Shown here one piece after another: positions 10,101 to 18,332 of a stretch of 64,000 nucleotides of DNA. The first letter of the stretch is position 1; the number at the start of each line of letters is the position of its first letter. Source of the DNA: an uncultured Gammaproteobacteria bacterium (lineage in GTDB: Bacteria; Pseudomonadota; Gammaproteobacteria; Chromatiales; Chromatiaceae); the NCBI GenBank assembly GCA_942491465.1, contig CALOBA010000038.1:66920-130919 (forward strand), given 5' to 3'. A program made the translations under genes and the position numbers. Below the pieces are notes generated by a model. It saw nothing but the letters and a program-made list of their open reading frames with translations. It was not told the DNA's origin and ran no database searches.

Positions 10101-10384
10101 AACGCGAATTCCAGCTCGATCTCGGCCTTGCCGGTGTTGGCCGTCGAAACCATCCGCTCCAGCCCCGGGATGCGGCCCAGGTACCGCTCCTGCTCCACCA
10201 GGATCTCCTTCTCCACGTCCTGGGGCGCGGCCCCCGGCCACTGGGTGCCGACGGTGATGATGCGCGCATCCAGGTCCGGGATCATCTGCACCGGCACACT
10301 GAAGATCGCAAGCGCCCCGAACAGGGTCAGGATCAGGACCGCCACGGTGAGGATCACCGGGCGGTCGATGGCGAGCTTGAACAT
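7196..10384 (-). CDS. RND efflux transporter permease (AcrB/AcrD/AcrF family)
   Basis: 1062 aa. N-terminus MFKLAIDRPVILTVAVLILTLFGALAIFSVPVQMIPDLD and 12-TM / two large periplasmic loop organisation typical of HAE-type RND pumps. Confidence 0.95.
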   Translation of the reverse strand: MFKLAIDRPVILTVAVLILTLFGALAIFSVPVQMIPDLDARIITVGTQWPGAAPQDVEKEILVEQERYLGRIPGLERMVSTANTGKAEIELEFAFSVPIEEALLNVNNALSQVPAYPENVDQPSIRAEAFSSNSFMYFRLMPETGAFTEADILALRDWVEEYVVTPMERVPGVSQVELRGGAERQMQVYVDPVRLAERGIRLSELREAIRARNRDVSGGDLDSGKRRYLLRTIGRFDSPEALEDLVIAERDGAFIRLRDVGHAELGFAEVRSYAYSEGKPILAFAVGRQIGSNVIAIKEAMMETVAELNRDVLAPKGLKLVRTADDVVYVTDAVRVVERNLAIGAGLAVLVLFLFLRSVPATLIGAVGIPICTLAAFLGLLLTGRTINVISLAGVAFAIGMTLDNNIVVLENIVRHLALAGDRGRARLAAALEGVREVWPAVLASTLTTVAVFLPVIFVEEEAGQLYSDIAVAISASILMSMLIAITLVPAAAGRFLKLPPPGQRPPLLSRLGAGFARRVITLVHWISAGVGRSLLVIALVLGTAAAIIVWLTPDAEYLPEGEESKIFTLMFAPPGYNIDMMREAFQRVDAEFYPAVGQDPALFAAGETDVPALNFTIGFATESRVFTVREATDRRQTEALMAVATEKTRALPGLFSFSSRGSIFSSNFGGTRSINIEISGPDLVTLFDAASKVQGKAKAIFDNPRVKSEPSNLTLGQPMLEVHPDWERAAELGIAPGDLGYSVWAYSDGAFVDEFFLDDDEIDIFLYSTAGNIERPQDLERLMLYSPSGGIVPLAAVARLIETVNTETIRRVDGDRTITMSIIPPKDVPLEEGVRRVRAEIIAGMPAAGALPDSIQLDLSGASDRLEATREALAGNFAVALLIAYLLMVAVFSHWGWPLLIMTSVPIGISGGIAGLWLLNVTGAHLDRIGLYPIQQPFDMITMLGFLVLIGTVVNNPILIVERAITNLRERGLSVIDAVTEAVRVRLRPIMMSMVTTVAGLSPLVFNPGAGTELYRGLGAIVLFGLLFSTLVTLTFMPAMLSLVLRVVGRRVPGAEPATAA

Positions 10385-10472
10385 CGATAGGGCTCCGTTG
10401 GGAAGGTGCCGGGTCTCGGGCGGTCATCCCCCGCGACGACCCGGCTGGACGCCGATGCAGCACAACCACAAA

Positions 10473-10537
10473 GACGCGAAGGACGCGCAAAGGACGCGAA
10501 GGACGCGAAGGACGCGAAGGACGCGAAGGACGCGAAG
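10473..10537. repeat. 9-bp tandem repeat (GACGCGAAG), 5 perfect + 2 variant units
   Basis: Perfect units at 10493-10537, variants at 10473-10492. Lies in the divergent region between the RND pump start (10384) and the 10629 gene. Confidence 0.9.
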
Positions 10538-10628
10538 CCGCACAGGATAACGGAACGCTTGAACCGCAACGTTGTGCGCCGACAACGATCTATTTTCTCG
10601 GCCCCTTTGTGACGTTAAGATCGGCTAA

Positions 10629-11147
10629 ATGCAAGCGAGGAGACCGGAGCAGCGGCTGGCCGATCAGCGCCGCCAGGAGGAATGGAACCAGCGCTGGGAG
10701 GAGAATCAGGCCGAGCTCGAGCGCCTGCACCACGAGGTTATGGCCGTGGCCAAGCGCCATGACCGCACCGTCGGCGCGCGCTGGGGGCTGCAATCGGAGC
10801 GCGCCTTCCGCGACGCCCTGGCGGCGATCCTGGAGGAGAGCTTCGGCGCCCGGGTGCAGAACATCAACGAGATCGACGCCGAGGGCATCGTCTTCGGCCG
10901 TCCGGACCAGATCGAGCTGGACCTGGTCATCACCAACGGCCAGCTGCTGCTGTGCGAGCTGAAGTCGTCCGTCGACAAGGCCGCCATGCACATCTTCCAC
11001 CGCAAGGCCAGGTTCTACGAGACCCGGCACGGTGGCAAGCCCGACCGGCTGATCGTCGTCTCGCCGATGATCGAGCTCAAGGCCCGGCAACTGGCCGAGC
11101 AGTTGGGGATCGAGACCTATGGGGACTCGATGGACGTGCCGGTTTGA
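10629..11147 (+). CDS. hypothetical protein with coiled-coil N-terminus and PD-(D/E)XK-like core (DUF3782-like)
   Basis: 172 aa. Charged helical N-terminus (RRQEEWNQRWEENQAELERLHHE). C-terminal DQIELDLVITNGQLLLCELKSS resembles a D...(D/E)xK nuclease motif. Family name is from memory, not searched. Confidence 0.55.
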   Translation: MQARRPEQRLADQRRQEEWNQRWEENQAELERLHHEVMAVAKRHDRTVGARWGLQSERAFRDALAAILEESFGARVQNINEIDAEGIVFGRPDQIELDLVITNGQLLLCELKSSVDKAAMHIFHRKARFYETRHGGKPDRLIVVSPMIELKARQLAEQLGIETYGDSMDVPV

Positions 11148-11168
11148 TCCCCGATCATCCCCGGCGGA

Positions 11169-12080
11169 TCACTCTTCGGAGAAAAAGTCGCTATCGATGC
11201 GCTTGATCTCGTAGCTCGACTCAATGCTGACGCCGAGGTTGTGGTCGATCATCAGCCGAACCAGCGTCTCTCCGTCGATAAGGATCACCCGCGGGTCGAT
11301 ACGGCGGACATACTCCAGCGCTTCTCGCGAAAAATGGCTGGTCGTGATGAAGATGCCTTTACGCGCACGCTGGCCGTGCAGCGCGCCCACGAAACGGTGG
11401 ATCTCAGGCCGACCAACCACGTTCTCCCAGCGCTTGGCTTGCAGATAGATGACATCCAGGCCCAGCTCATCCTCGTTGATCACGCCGTCGATCCCCTCAT
11501 CGGCTCCGGCAGACCTGTTGTCATCAGCCGGATCGGTTGGGCCGCCGTAACCCATTCGCCGCAGCAATCGGATGACAACACTCTCGAAAAAGCGTGGATC
11601 GGACGCCTTGAGTCGCGACAACAGCTCAGCAGCGAGCGTGCTTCGCATCTGCTCATAAGCCTGCTCCAATCGCTCCAACGGCGTGTCGTTGGCCGCGTCG
11701 GCTGCTATGTGCTCGGTCGCATCGGGCTCGTCTCCATGCTCTCCGCGAAATTCCCGAAATTCCTGAAACCGCATCAGGAATGCGAGATCGAGTCGATCGG
11801 GGGGCGCGTTCAGCACTGACCGGCCCCGATCCGTAATGGTGAACCAGCCTCGCTTGGGCGTTTCCAGCAGCCCGGCCTTTGCCAGATGGACCTTGGTCCA
11901 AGCAATGCGATTCGCGAAGCGCGTCTGGCGCCCGCTAGGCAACATTTCCGCGCAGTCGGCCTCTGTGAGCGCGAAGCGCTCGGCCAACTGCTCGCGGGCA
12001 TTCGTCATGCTGTGCTCTTTGCCGTCGCCGGCAAGCTCCAGCATGGGCAGGAAAAACTCCTGAAATCCAGGTACAGCCAT
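11169..12080 (-). CDS. mrr: Mrr-family restriction endonuclease (type IV-like)
   Basis: Start at MAVPGFQEFFLPMLE (ATG 12080). N-terminal winged-helix Mrr_N-like region (RFANRIAWTKVHLAKAGLLE). C-terminal nuclease core GIDGVINEDELGLDVIYLQAKRW...GIFITTSHFS. Visibly lower GC than neighbours. Confidence 0.85.
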   Translation of the reverse strand: MAVPGFQEFFLPMLELAGDGKEHSMTNAREQLAERFALTEADCAEMLPSGRQTRFANRIAWTKVHLAKAGLLETPKRGWFTITDRGRSVLNAPPDRLDLAFLMRFQEFREFRGEHGDEPDATEHIAADAANDTPLERLEQAYEQMRSTLAAELLSRLKASDPRFFESVVIRLLRRMGYGGPTDPADDNRSAGADEGIDGVINEDELGLDVIYLQAKRWENVVGRPEIHRFVGALHGQRARKGIFITTSHFSREALEYVRRIDPRVILIDGETLVRLMIDHNLGVSIESSYEIKRIDSDFFSEE

Positions 12081-12126
12081 TGGTTTGCTCCCTATCTCGC
12101 CGTGAAATTCTTGACCCGAGCCCTTT

Positions 12127-13293
12127 TTAACGGCGACTGGCGGGGACTGCGGGCTCCGTACGAGGCGCCACCCGCTGCCCCGCCCGCAGGCGCTCGTTGC
12201 CGAGCAGGACAACCTGATCCCCGGCGCCCAGATCGTCGCCGATGACCTCGACGCGATCACCGCTGGCGCGGCCGATCTCGATGGTCAGCGGCTGCACGGT
12301 GGGGCCATCGTCACCGTCGCGCAGCCGCCAGACCTGGCGGCTGCCGTCGCTCTTGGCGACCACGGCATCCCGCGGCACGGTCAGCGCGGCGACGGGCGCG
12401 CCGTCGAGGTCGACGCGCACCCGCGCCGACATGCCGGGGGCGAGCAGGCGGTCCGGGTTCGGCAGGTCGATCAGCAGCGGGAAGCTGCGGGTGCGCGGGT
12501 CGCCGCTGGCGATGCGGGCCGCGACCTCGCCGTCGAAGGTGCGCTCGGGCACGGCGTCGAGGCGCACGCTGACCGGGCTGCCGGCGGCGACCCGGTTGAA
12601 GTCGCGCTGGGGCAGGGTCGCGCGGATGCGCAGCCGCTCCAGCGCCACCAGTTCCACGGCGGCCTCGTCGCGCTTGGCCCATTCGCCGACCTCCAGTTGA
12701 CGGGCGACGACCATGCCGGCGAAGGGCGCGGCCAGGGTATGCCGATCCACCAGCTCCTGCACCCTTGCCAAGGCCGCGCCCTCGGCGCTGAGGGCGGCGG
12801 CGGCCATCTCCACATTGGCGATGGCGGTCTGGGTCTCGGTCTCGGAGGCGTGGCTGCCGCGCTTGAGCGACAGCAGCTCGTCGCGGATGCGCATCGCGTC
12901 CTGGTGGCGGGCCTCGGCCTCGCGCACGCGGGCCGCGGCCGCGTCGTGCTCCAGCTCGGCGAGCCGGGCGTCCAGGCGCAGGATCGGCGCGCCGGCCTCC
13001 ACCAGGCTGCCGTCGTCCACCTCCAGCACCATGACCAGGCCGTCGACCCGCGTCGACAGTTCCGCACGCCGCCAGGCCGTGGTGGTGCCGGTCAGCTCGA
13101 CCTGCTCGCGCAGCTGCTCGCTGGTCACCTCGGCGAGGGTCACCGGGCTCGGGGGTTGGCCCTCGGCACCGACCGTGGCTGACAGCAGCAGCGCCAGCAC
13201 GGCGATGGCGCGGGCGAGGCCGTTCCAACCTTCGGGGGCCCGGAGAGACCTGGGGCGGACTAAGCGGCGGGAGGAGGACGGGGGGTAAAACAT
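12127..13293 (-). CDS. efflux RND transporter periplasmic adaptor (MFP) subunit
   Basis: Start at MFYPPSSS (ATG 13293). Signal/anchor, then the barrel-sandwich/coiled-coil pattern (VTLAEVT..., VDGLVMVLEVDDGSLVEAGAPILRLD, long Ala/Glu-rich hairpin, LAAPFAGMVVARQLEVGEW). Confidence 0.9.
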   Translation of the reverse strand: MFYPPSSSRRLVRPRSLRAPEGWNGLARAIAVLALLLSATVGAEGQPPSPVTLAEVTSEQLREQVELTGTTTAWRRAELSTRVDGLVMVLEVDDGSLVEAGAPILRLDARLAELEHDAAAARVREAEARHQDAMRIRDELLSLKRGSHASETETQTAIANVEMAAAALSAEGAALARVQELVDRHTLAAPFAGMVVARQLEVGEWAKRDEAAVELVALERLRIRATLPQRDFNRVAAGSPVSVRLDAVPERTFDGEVAARIASGDPRTRSFPLLIDLPNPDRLLAPGMSARVRVDLDGAPVAALTVPRDAVVAKSDGSRQVWRLRDGDDGPTVQPLTIEIGRASGDRVEVIGDDLGAGDQVVLLGNERLRAGQRVAPRTEPAVPASRR

Positions 13294-13489
13294 GATCCTT
13301 GGGGGAACGCGGTGGGGATGAGCCGGGTGTTGGGGCCTATGGTAGCAATCCGGGGGACCTTGGTTGTCGCCGGCGGTGGCGATACCGAGGTGGAAAACGA
13401 CCATCTCGAATCCGGCGCGGGTCGGCTTTTCGGAGGTCGGCGGATGCAGCGGGTATACTTTCGGCCTTTGCCCGACCAGGTACCGCAGC

Positions 13490-14059
13490 ATGTCCATCAA
13501 GTCCGACCGCTGGATCCGCGAAATGGCCCAGTCCCAGGGGATGATCGAGCCCTTCATCCCCGGCCAGGTGCGCGAGGCCGACGACGGCACCCGGCTGATC
13601 TCCTACGGCACCTCCAGCTACGGGTACGACATCCGCTGCGCCGACGAATTCAAGATCTTCACCAACATCAACTCCGCCATCGTCGACCCCAAGGCCTTCG
13701 ACTCGTCCAGCTTCGTCGATCTGAAGGCCGACGTCTGTATCATCCCGCCCAACTCCTTTGCCCTGGCCCGCACGGTGGAGTATTTCCGCATCCCGCGCAA
13801 GACTCTGACCATTTGTCTAGGCAAGAGCACGTACGCACGTTGCGGAATCATCGTGAACGTAACGCCCCTGGAACCCGAGTGGGAGGGCCATGTGACGCTG
13901 GAGTTCTCCAACACCACGCCGCTGCCGGCGAAGATCTACGCCAACGAGGGCGTGGCGCAGATCCTGTTCTTCGAGTCCGACGAGGTCTGCCAGCAGTCCT
14001 ACCGCGACCGCCGGGGCAAGTACCAGGGCCAGCGCGGCGTCACCTTGCCGAAGCCCTGA
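13490..14059 (+). CDS. dcd: dCTP deaminase
   Basis: 189 aa starting [79 protein letters not shown] and [11 protein letters not shown] match the short (Pseudomonas-type) Dcd as I recall it. Confidence 0.95.
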   Translation: MSIKSDRWIREMAQSQGMIEPFIPGQVREADDGTRLISYGTSSYGYDIRCADEFKIFTNINSAIVDPKAFDSSSFVDLKADVCIIPPNSFALARTVEYFRIPRKTLTICLGKSTYARCGIIVNVTPLEPEWEGHVTLEFSNTTPLPAKIYANEGVAQILFFESDEVCQQSYRDRRGKYQGQRGVTLPKP

Positions 14060-14083
14060 CGCTCGGCCATCGCCCGTTCGCCC

Positions 14084-14267
<184 letters not shown>

Positions 14268-14302
14268 CCTCGCGGCCTCCGACGTCATCCGGCGCAAAGC
14301 AA

Positions 14303-15013
14303 TCACCGCCGACGGACGGCCCCGCACCGACTCTCGCGCAGCTCGCGCTTGATCAGGTCGCGGATGCGCCGCTCCTCGTCGACGAGCTGGCGCGACAGCG
14401 GCGGCGAGCGCTTGAGCAGCATCTCGGCCTGGCGCAGGTCGGGGCAGCGTGCGCGCCCCTCGGGCTTCAGCGATGCGCGATAGACATAGGCCGAGGCGCC
14501 GTAGAGGTAGCCGAGGCCGCTGCCGGGGACCTCTCGACGGGTGTCCTGGGCGGCCCGCAACAGCTTCTCGTTCTCGCGGTCGAGCTTGCGCTCCTTGGTG
14601 CCGACATCGAGGCGGTTGCGCCGCTCGCTCAGCGTCAGCAGCAGCCCGCCGTGGTAGGAGATCCGGCTCGGGGCGGTCTTCGTCGGGGACTTCTCCAGCG
14701 CGCGGCGGTAGGCTTCCTCGGCACAATCGAGCAGCTTGCGGGTGTTCTTGTCGTCCGCCGAGGCGCTGGTGGGCTGCTGGATGACCAGCCGCAGACAGGC
14801 ATCGCCCTTGATGGCGTGCTCTTTGGCGCAGGCCTCGGTGCGGCCACCGCAACGCACGCTCTGCTCGGTGATGGCGCGCCACTGACCGGCCTCGGCCAAG
14901 GTTTGCAGGGCGCTCTCGCTCTCGACGGTGGCCGTCGGCGCACAGCCGCCGGTTCCGACCAGCAGGGCGACGATGGTGATCTGGGCCAAGCGGCCTCTAC
15001 TCCTCGCTGACAT
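14303..15013 (-). CDS. hypothetical lipoprotein
   Basis: 236 aa. Signal peptide with lipobox LLVGTGGC. No recognisable domain. Confidence 0.6.
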   Translation of the reverse strand: MSARSRGRLAQITIVALLVGTGGCAPTATVESESALQTLAEAGQWRAITEQSVRCGGRTEACAKEHAIKGDACLRLVIQQPTSASADDKNTRKLLDCAEEAYRRALEKSPTKTAPSRISYHGGLLLTLSERRNRLDVGTKERKLDRENEKLLRAAQDTRREVPGSGLGYLYGASAYVYRASLKPEGRARCPDLRQAEMLLKRSPPLSRQLVDEERRIRDLIKRELRESRCGAVRRR

Positions 15014-15122
15014 CCCGACGATTCCTCAGGGCATGCGGTTGATCCCGCGGACTACAGGATTCGGCCGGTCGCCATCGACCGGCCGATATGGCCTCCGCCC
15101 GGCGCGCCCCGCGGTTGCATGA

Positions 15123-16739
15123 TCACGACGGCGGGCGGGCAGAGGGCGATGATAGGGCGGAATCGTCCCCGGTGCGAGTCCGTTGATAGCGGTAGAGCCG
15201 CCAGACGTGCAGCGGCTGCGGACAATGGGCGCCGCGGTGATAGTCCTGCGCGCCCTCGAGCACCCGCATCGGCTTGCCGCGACAGTCGTAGAGGGTGCGC
15301 GTGGCATGGGCGGCGAAGCCCGGAATCTGCGGCGCCTGGAACTTGCGCGCCAGCAGCCAGAACCCGGTCTGCTGCAGGTCGGCGAGCCGCGGCAGGGGCA
15401 CGATGCGACCGCGCAGGTACTCCGACGGCCGGGTGATCCCCGGCCACTGCACCACCGCCAGCTGCGGCTGGTAGAAGTTGATCATGGCCGCGAACGGGTA
15501 GCGATCGGCGATCACCGGCGCGGACAGGCCCGCCAAATAGTCGGCCAGGTCATCGAAGCCGTGGGTGTCGCGCAGGATGCGCTCTTGGCTCGACGGCAAC
15601 GGCAGCGCATCGGTGGCGGCGTGGAAGGCGTAGAGCGTCACCAGCAGCAGGTTGGCGCAGGCCGCGGCCAGCACCCAGCGGCCGAGGGGGCGCAGCGCCA
15701 GCGCCGCCATCGGCGCCGCCGCGCTCAGGTAGATCGCCGCCCAATTCGCCTCCACGTCGCTGCCCAGGGCCACCCAGGCGAACAGCAGCAACGGGAACAG
15801 CGTCGCGGCCGTGAACAGCACCCGCGCCGGGCGGGTCAGCGTCTCGGCCAGCGCGCGGGCAATCCGCCGCGCCCCCCCCGCAACGACCAGCGTCGCCGCC
15901 AGCGGCACCAGCAGCAGCCCCCAAAACGCCAGCTCGCTGCCGATGAAGCCGCCGAGCCCGGCCAGCCGGTTGCCCAGCCCGGACACCGCCTCAGGCCCCG
16001 GCGAGCCGGGCACGCCCACCGCCGCCGGCAGCAGCCGCTCGGCGGCCAGCACCACCTCACCGGTGTCGGTGGCGAAGCCGTGGCCGAACTGGAAGCGCAG
16101 CGTCAGCCAATCGTTATCGGCATTCCAGAGCAGATTCGGCAGGAACAGCAGCAGGGCGAGCAGGCCGCCCAGATAGGGCCAGGGCGTGGCCAGGGCGCGG
16201 CGGTCGACGAGCAGGATCGCCCACAAAAACACCGGCCCGATGAGCACCATGGTGTACTTGCCGAGCAGCCCGAGCCCGGTGGCCACGCCGGCACCGAGCC
16301 AGCGGCGGCGATCGCCTTCCAACGCCGCCAGGGCCTCGTGCAGCGCCAGCGCCCAGCACAGGGCCAGGGGCGTGTCCGGGGTCAGGATCAGGCCGGCGGC
16401 GAGCCCCGGGAAGGTGGTCGCCGCCAGCACCAGCGCCAGCAGCAGACCCCGACCGGGTGCCAGACCGGCGCGCCGATACAGCCGCCACAGCACCCCCAGC
16501 GTCAGCGCGCCGGCGAGCATCGCCCCGAGGCGCCCGGCCAGCGCCGACGCGGGCTCCAGCAGCGCGCCGACGGCCAGCAGGGCCACCCCCGGCGGGTGAT
16601 CGAAATAGCCCCAGTCCAGCGCCCGCGCCCAGTTGAAATAGTAGGCCTCGTCCTGCGTTACCGGGATCAGCACGGCGAGCAGCAGGTGCCAGAGCAGCAG
16701 GCCGCCGATGAGCAGCCAGGGCCAGCGATCGGCGCGCAT
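15123..16739 (-). CDS. glycosyltransferase family 39 (ArnT/PMT-like, lipid-linked sugar transferase)
   Basis: Start at MRADRWPWLLIGG (ATG 16739, 1-nt overlap with the upstream stop). VTQDEAYYFNWARALDWGYFDHPPG motif and ~11 TM helices, as in ArnT-type enzymes. Confidence 0.85.
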   Translation of the reverse strand: MRADRWPWLLIGGLLLWHLLLAVLIPVTQDEAYYFNWARALDWGYFDHPPGVALLAVGALLEPASALAGRLGAMLAGALTLGVLWRLYRRAGLAPGRGLLLALVLAATTFPGLAAGLILTPDTPLALCWALALHEALAALEGDRRRWLGAGVATGLGLLGKYTMVLIGPVFLWAILLVDRRALATPWPYLGGLLALLLFLPNLLWNADNDWLTLRFQFGHGFATDTGEVVLAAERLLPAAVGVPGSPGPEAVSGLGNRLAGLGGFIGSELAFWGLLLVPLAATLVVAGGARRIARALAETLTRPARVLFTAATLFPLLLFAWVALGSDVEANWAAIYLSAAAPMAALALRPLGRWVLAAACANLLLVTLYAFHAATDALPLPSSQERILRDTHGFDDLADYLAGLSAPVIADRYPFAAMINFYQPQLAVVQWPGITRPSEYLRGRIVPLPRLADLQQTGFWLLARKFQAPQIPGFAAHATRTLYDCRGKPMRVLEGAQDYHRGAHCPQPLHVWRLYRYQRTRTGDDSALSSPSARPPS

Positions 16740-17410
16740 CAGCACCGCCGCCAATCCCCCGCGCACAGCCAGGCCGAGAGCATCATCCAGCCGATGCCGA
16801 CCAGGAACATGGAGGTCACCGCATCGCTCAGCCAATGCCCGCCGGCGCCGACGCGTACCAGCGCGATCAGCAGCGTGTAGGCCAGGGCCAGGGCGATCCA
16901 CAGCAGCCGCCCGTTGCCGAGCACCGCCGCCACCGCCACCAGATAGGCCGCCGCGGCCACATGCCCGGAGCTGAACGCGCCGCCGCCCTGATCGACGCGC
17001 ACGAACCCCGGCGAGAACTGGCGATAGCCGCCGAACTCTTGGACCTTCACCGGCCGCGCCCGCCCCCAATGCTCCTTGAGCAGGCCGTTCACCAGCAGCC
17101 CCGGCACCAGCACCAGCAGACACAGCAGCAGCGCCAGCCTGCGCCCGGTGAAGCCCAGCAGCCGGCGCCCGCAGTGGCGGTTGTAGCGCCACAACCCGAT
17201 CAGGCCCAGGTTGACGCCCACCATCAGCCAGGGGACCGAGTGGTAGCCGATGCGCTCCCACCAGAGGTCGCGCAGCACAAAGCCGTCCCCCGGCCGGTAG
17301 AACCAGCCGGACACGGCCAGGTCGATCTCGGGGTAGGCGAGCATCAGATTGGCGAAGCCGACGAAGCCGATCCAGAGCCAGATCGGCACGCCGAGCAGGC
17401 GGTCATTCAT
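16739..17410 (-). CDS. PAP2-family phosphatase (lipid phosphate / lipid A phosphatase-like)
   Basis: Start MNDRLLGVPIW (ATG 17410). Motifs KEHWGRARP, SGH (AFSSGHVAAA) and GGHWLSDA fit the PAP2 KxxxxxxRP / SGH / SRxxxxxHxxxD scheme. Confidence 0.85.
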   Translation of the reverse strand: MNDRLLGVPIWLWIGFVGFANLMLAYPEIDLAVSGWFYRPGDGFVLRDLWWERIGYHSVPWLMVGVNLGLIGLWRYNRHCGRRLLGFTGRRLALLLCLLVLVPGLLVNGLLKEHWGRARPVKVQEFGGYRQFSPGFVRVDQGGGAFSSGHVAAAAYLVAVAAVLGNGRLLWIALALAYTLLIALVRVGAGGHWLSDAVTSMFLVGIGWMMLSAWLCAGDWRRC

Positions 17411-18332
17411 AGGGATAACCCAGCTGGTCCAGCGGCAGCGCCCAGCGCGCGGCCAGCGCGCGATTGGCGCCGGTGAAGCGGCCGGCGATCTCGTCGGCAA
17501 GCGCGTCGCCGAGCAGCGCCCGCGCCGACTGCCGCGGCCCGCCGAGCCCGGCCCGCATGAGCCACAGCGGCGGGTTGCTGCGCAGCTTGTTGGAGATGGC
17601 CCGCAGCCACCAGTGCTTGTCGAGCACGCTGCGATAGCTGAACCGGTTCAACACCCGGCCGAGCCCCAGGGCCAGGCTGCCGAGTCCCTCGTTGTCGGGC
17701 CGATAGTCGAGCGCGGCCAGGTCCACATCGAGCCCCAGCCGTTCGCAATAGTCGGCGACAAAGCCCGGCGGATCGGCCCGAAACGCCTCGAACGGGAAGA
17801 CATGCACGCGCGCATCGCCGAACAGCCGCGCATAGTGCGCGATCGCCCCGCGGTAGTCGAGGTGGCCGAGGTCGAACACCGGGAACTTGAACGGGTGCCG
17901 CGCCACATCGGTGCGATAGCGCGCCGGCAGCAGATAGCGCCGCGGCCCGTAGGTGCCGCCCTCGCGGACATAGTGCCGATACAGGGCCGCGGCCAGGTCC
18001 ACCTGATTGCGGATGAAGATGACCATCTCGGCCTCGGGCAGGGCGGCGGCGATGCGCTCGGCGACGTCCTTGGTCTGGGCACCGCGCATCCCGGCCGAGT
18101 GCGGGTTGCCGCTCAGCTCCTCCTCGCACAGGATCAGCGGCCGGTCCGCCTCATCCGCACCCAGCGCCCGTCGGGCCGCCGCGGCATCGAAGGCGAAGGT
18201 CGACGGCAGCAGCAGCGCCTCCTGCACCAGCCGCCGCGGCAGCGCCCGATGGCCGCGCACGGCGGGATACAGCCGCTTCTGAAACCAGGTCGTGCCGGTC
18301 TTGTGATAGCCGATGTGGACGAGGGTCTGCAT
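17403..18332 (-). CDS. sulfotransferase family protein
   Basis: 309 aa. N-terminal HIGYHKTGTTWFQ resembles the PAPS 5'-phosphosulfate-binding loop. Overlaps both neighbours (1 nt and 8 nt). Confidence 0.7.
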   Translation of the reverse strand: MQTLVHIGYHKTGTTWFQKRLYPAVRGHRALPRRLVQEALLLPSTFAFDAAAARRALGADEADRPLILCEEELSGNPHSAGMRGAQTKDVAERIAAALPEAEMVIFIRNQVDLAAALYRHYVREGGTYGPRRYLLPARYRTDVARHPFKFPVFDLGHLDYRGAIAHYARLFGDARVHVFPFEAFRADPPGFVADYCERLGLDVDLAALDYRPDNEGLGSLALGLGRVLNRFSYRSVLDKHWWLRAISNKLRSNPPLWLMRAGLGGPRQSARALLGDALADEIAGRFTGANRALAARWALPLDQLGYPYE

